Notes under the pieces: generated by a model
Databases searched by the model: none
What the model was told of the DNA's origin: nothing
The model's input: only the letters and a program-made list of their open reading frames with translations
Position numbers and translations under genes: made by a program
Assembly (NCBI GenBank): GCA_003971905.1
Contig: RSEE01000019.1
Span: forward strand, 744,001-782,887
Reading direction: 5' to 3'
DNA length: 38,887 bases
DNA from: Moniliella sp. 'wahieum'
Taxonomy: Eukaryota
Shown here: positions 35,240-38,887 of the stretch, piece after piece
Position numbering within the stretch: position 1 is the stretch's first letter
Layout of the letters: each line of letters begins with the position of its first letter

Positions 35240-35725
35240 AGGACCCCACGGATGGGCCATCTTCAGGTTGATTTGCATTCCGCCACGCACGATGTCGACC
35301 GCGCTTGGAACAGAAGCGGCCGATTCGGGAAGAACACGATTCACGTTTGCAGGCAAGGCCCGATTCGTCGTACCCACGACTCTAGGTGGGCGGGTGAAGG
35401 AACAGCGTGTCCTGCTCGGCATGCTGCTGCAGACCATCGCCTAGGCCTGGGACGCGTCTAGGCCTGCGTCCCAGCCGCCCCTCGTATCGAGCGCTGCATG
35501 GACAAGGATGAGCAGCAAGAAGCGGGGCCCCGCCCCCATGAGCACGCATCCGCCTTGGTGCACAGCGAGAGGAGAAAAAGCTAGGACACGAGCTGCAGCG
35601 GCGGCCCCACAGTGCTGGTTGGTGGCGCAGAAGCAAAAGCCGCGCAGACGCGACGAGATTAAATTCGGCGCGGAGCTAGGGTTGTAGGTGGTGGCCGCAG
35701 CCGATGTAGATGAATTGCAACTGCG
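35240..35725 (-). repeat. Family X copy 5 (5' portion)
   Basis: NLISSRLRGFCF and RGGMQINLKMAHPW; GAAGCAAAAGCCGC-CAGACGCGACGAGAT shared with ~25620-25650. Confidence 0.72.
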
Positions 35726-38700
35726 TGGGCGCGCCAACCGACGCGGCGGCCGCAACGCGACGACGCAACGCTCGCCGCGAAACCGAGCGGCCCAGCGCTG
35801 TGCCGAGGGGGACACCTGCACCCATATCGGCACCACACTCCCGCGACTGGACCCTCGCCGCGCGTGGCTTCCCGACCCACGTACCCCCTCCTTGGCTGGC
35901 CCGTCCTTACCGGCCGGACCTGGCCACGAACCAACCCACACTGCCGATTCTTGGGGACAGCAGTAGGCGTTTGCCACGCTCGGCAGCACAGCGCACCAAG
36001 CAAGCGGCGCCTTGTCTACCGACCCGCCAATCCGGAACGCAGCGTACCTAGTGCGCCTTTTGGTCGCGCATCCTGCTTCCCCTCGCGTCTCGTCTCCCCC
36101 CTCTCGCCTTCACCGCCGTCGTCCCCGCTGTCCCCGCCGCAGCAGCCATTGGGCTACCCCCTTGGCCGTTGTCCCGCCCAGCACCATGCTCTGCAGCTGC
36201 TTCGCGTCGAGGCCATGTCCATGGCGTTGCCCTGCGAGCTGCTCCTCGGACTCCGCGAGGGCGCCGAGCGCGGAGGTGGTCGCTTGTTGTTGTTCGTCGG
36301 GGTGCTCGCTGTGTGTCGCCTAACATCTCTCGTTGCGGCCAAGAAAAACTACCAACCTAGTCTCTCCCTTTCGCACAAGCAGCAGTCGCTCCAGACCCGC
36401 ACTGCAGACGGAATCGCTGCAGACGGCGTTAAAGGCGTCCGCTGTGTTGCCCAGAAGCAGCTGGCTATCCCGTAGGGGCGCCCGGCCGCTAAAAGACCCG
36501 GATGCAGGTCCGACATCCCCTTCGCACGTCCCTGCCCGGCCAAATGGCAATCAGGATCGTCCGAGCAGACCCCACCGAAGGGGGAGTGGAGCGGGTACTT
36601 TCTTCGCCACAGTAGCTGCTCATCGTCAAGTGGGGCAGTGCGTCCATGGCCACCGCGTACCCTCGTATGCCTGGAAAAGGGGTATTGATCCAGGCAGGTT
36701 CCTCGTTGCTTGAGTACGCGCGTCCCAGTTGCTTATGGTGCGGTGTTTGATCTGCTTTGGTTGTTAGTAACTTGGACTGTACAAGAGAATGTAGGTAACG
36801 TACCGCCATCACAACCTGGGCCAGCAGGGCAGCGACAGTCATAAACCGAACACCAGTGCCGATGGCAGCCTTGCCACGCCCTGTATCCCAGTCAAGAGGA
36901 ACATTCGTAGCTGGAGCAAGGTAGAAGAGGCGGCAAGGGATGAACCACTGAGGTGCTCGTCAACACTGAACCATGCATAGTGGTCCAGTCAAAGGAGGCA
37001 ACTCTATCATTCAAGGGGCTGCTCCTTCGCGGGGTGGGCAGCGCCTTCCATGGCAACAAACAACTTGGCGGTCCAGTCCTCGCATCTTGCGAAGCTTGGT
37101 CAAACTGTTAACGCAAAGTGAATCCAGTAAGTATATCATCCCCTCCGGTTCTTTCTCTAGTGGGGCTGCGCCACGACCCTGAAAAGACCATGATCGTATA
37201 CGTACGTTCTTGGCCGCCAGATACGCCAGTTGGTCCTCCGTATCATTCCAGTTGTTGTAACACGTTGTGGTCCCCGCCCCCCCGTGGTGTGCTGACCAAG
37301 ACGGGAGTTGAGGTACAACATTGAGATCAACAGTGTATCGGGTAAAGAGCGTGCATCATCTTGCGCAGTTTTGAGAGTTGGGATGGTGCCTCATCTGCTC
37401 ATGAGACATGTGCGGGTTAGCACCTCTTCCTCCTCGCGCTCTCTCTCTCCTTTCACCCCTTTCGTCGCACCTGTTACCGCGGCGGGGTGCCAGAAGGAAG
37501 AAGAGCATCTCAACGGATGGACGTCATCGAACGTACCGATACAGTCGAGCCAGGACAGCAACTGTGGCAGAGATTGTGGTTTTGATCGTGCTTCTTGAGA
37601 TCATCCAGAGTCGCTAGGGCTGGGGAGAGCCGTTCGTCCAACCACTGCCGATTCGGGGCATAGTCATCGGCACTCAGTTGCGCTAGACAGAGCTGGGCCA
37701 GGGCGGTATTAGGGCCGATGGGGACTCATAAAAGGGCTGCAGCGGCCATTTGCCACCACTTTGATGCCAGAGTCGCTCGTACGCAGTGGCAAACCGTTTC
37801 TTGGCGGTTGCAGGTAGATAGGCCGGCGATGGACAGTGGCGAGACAATAACATCGAGGGTCGCGTTGGTCGGCGCCTATGATATTGACTCGTATGTGATG
37901 TTCCACAAGGGCATCCCCGCTAGCATGGTGCCCCAGGCGAAGTTGGTGAACATGGCACTGTTTTCTTTGCCCTGGGAAGGAGCTTCGCCAGGGGCTAGAC
38001 GGGGGGGGATGGACCAGAGGCTGCCTCGAGCAGGCCCCCGCCCGGAGCTGGTCGCCTCGCCCTCGCTGCCTGCTGCCGGCCTCCTCGCCCCCCATCCACC
38101 CCCCTCGCTTCCCACTCCGTTCCCCTCCTTCCTTGCCCGACTCCAACCCATTTTCGGATCCACCAGGCAAGGGGACCAAGGCCGTCTCCGCAACGGCAGC
38201 CCTGCGCACAAAGACAGCGTTGAGCGCTGCCCTCTGCGTCGACCGGCGCAACGGCCCCATTGACGCCGACGACCGCGATCGTCCCTGTCGCTGCGTCTTG
38301 ACCGCCCCAAAAGACTCCCCCTCCGACTCGGAGGGGGGTAGTAAACACGACCACGTTTCTTTCCAGATGAACCACGCGCGCTTGTCCGGGACGCATCCAA
38401 TACGGCAGCCGCTGCTGCCACTCCGATTCGCTCCGACCCGTTCGGCAATGTCTTCTGCGCTGCATTCACTTGCTCAGGGGTACCCATTTCTTGCGAGCAA
38501 TCGCCCTGATCGACGTATCAACCAGGTCTTGGCATTAGTCGCATCGGTGCCCGGGGATGCGGCACAGGTCGCACTTCTTGCCCCCGGTCACCGCTTGTTG
38601 GCAGACCGCTGCCGCATACTCGAAGCGGGAGCACCGCTCGCATTGGCGAGGGCACATCGTCATCGTACAAACCTTCTTGCCCCGCCGTAGATGCCTGGCC

Positions 38701-38859
38701 CTTCCTTAGGCTGTGGTTTCGCAACGCAGTAGATAGGGAGAAGTACATCCCACAAGGCACATCATATCTGCACTTGGACAGTCAGCGATGAGCAACGAGG
38801 CAATAATGGGGACTTACTAGTTACTCCAAGCAGGGCATGCGTTAAGCCGATGAGTAAGC

Positions 38860-38887
38860 TTAGGGTTAGGGTTTGGGTTAGGGTTAG
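38860..38887 (+). repeat. Telomere repeat tract (TTAGGG)n with one TTTGGG variant; probable chromosome end
   Basis: TTAGGG TTAGGG TTTGGG TTAGGG TTAG running to the end of the window. Confidence 0.9.

Noticed and set aside
22700..38887. LTRs, terminal inverted repeats or CRISPR-like arrays in the repeat region
   Set aside because: Repeats are long, diverged, irregularly spaced and co-oriented. No integrase, transposase or repeat-spacer pattern was seen.

Overview
GC-rich fungal chromosome end (right arm), probably a basidiomycete judging by short GT-AG introns with GTACGT/GTATGT donors and the TTAGGG telomere; the lineage is inferred. Bases ~1-22,650 are a compact housekeeping block: HSF-domain transcription factor, intron-containing tRNA-Ala(CGC), glycerol-3-phosphate acyltransferase, Rot1, mitoribosomal bL36m, DHA1-type MFS transporter, a divergent RPA32/Stn1-like OB-fold gene, NDT1-like carrier, CCDC137-like protein, a possible SWSAP1/Shu-like protein, dihydroorotase and VDAC porin. 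About 120 bp after the porin stop the sequence switches to a ~16 kb subtelomere. It holds at least six co-oriented minus-strand fragments of CRE-clade (Cnl1/MoTeR-like) non-LTR retrotransposons, interleaved with five copies of an unidentified, apparently protein-coding repeat ('family X'). One X copy contains an interstitial TTAGGG tract, and the window ends in telomere repeats. Many conserved genes carry frameshifts that are probably assembly errors, so gene boundaries are approximate and pseudogene status cannot be judged reliably. All protein identifications come from motif recognition by eye, not database searches.
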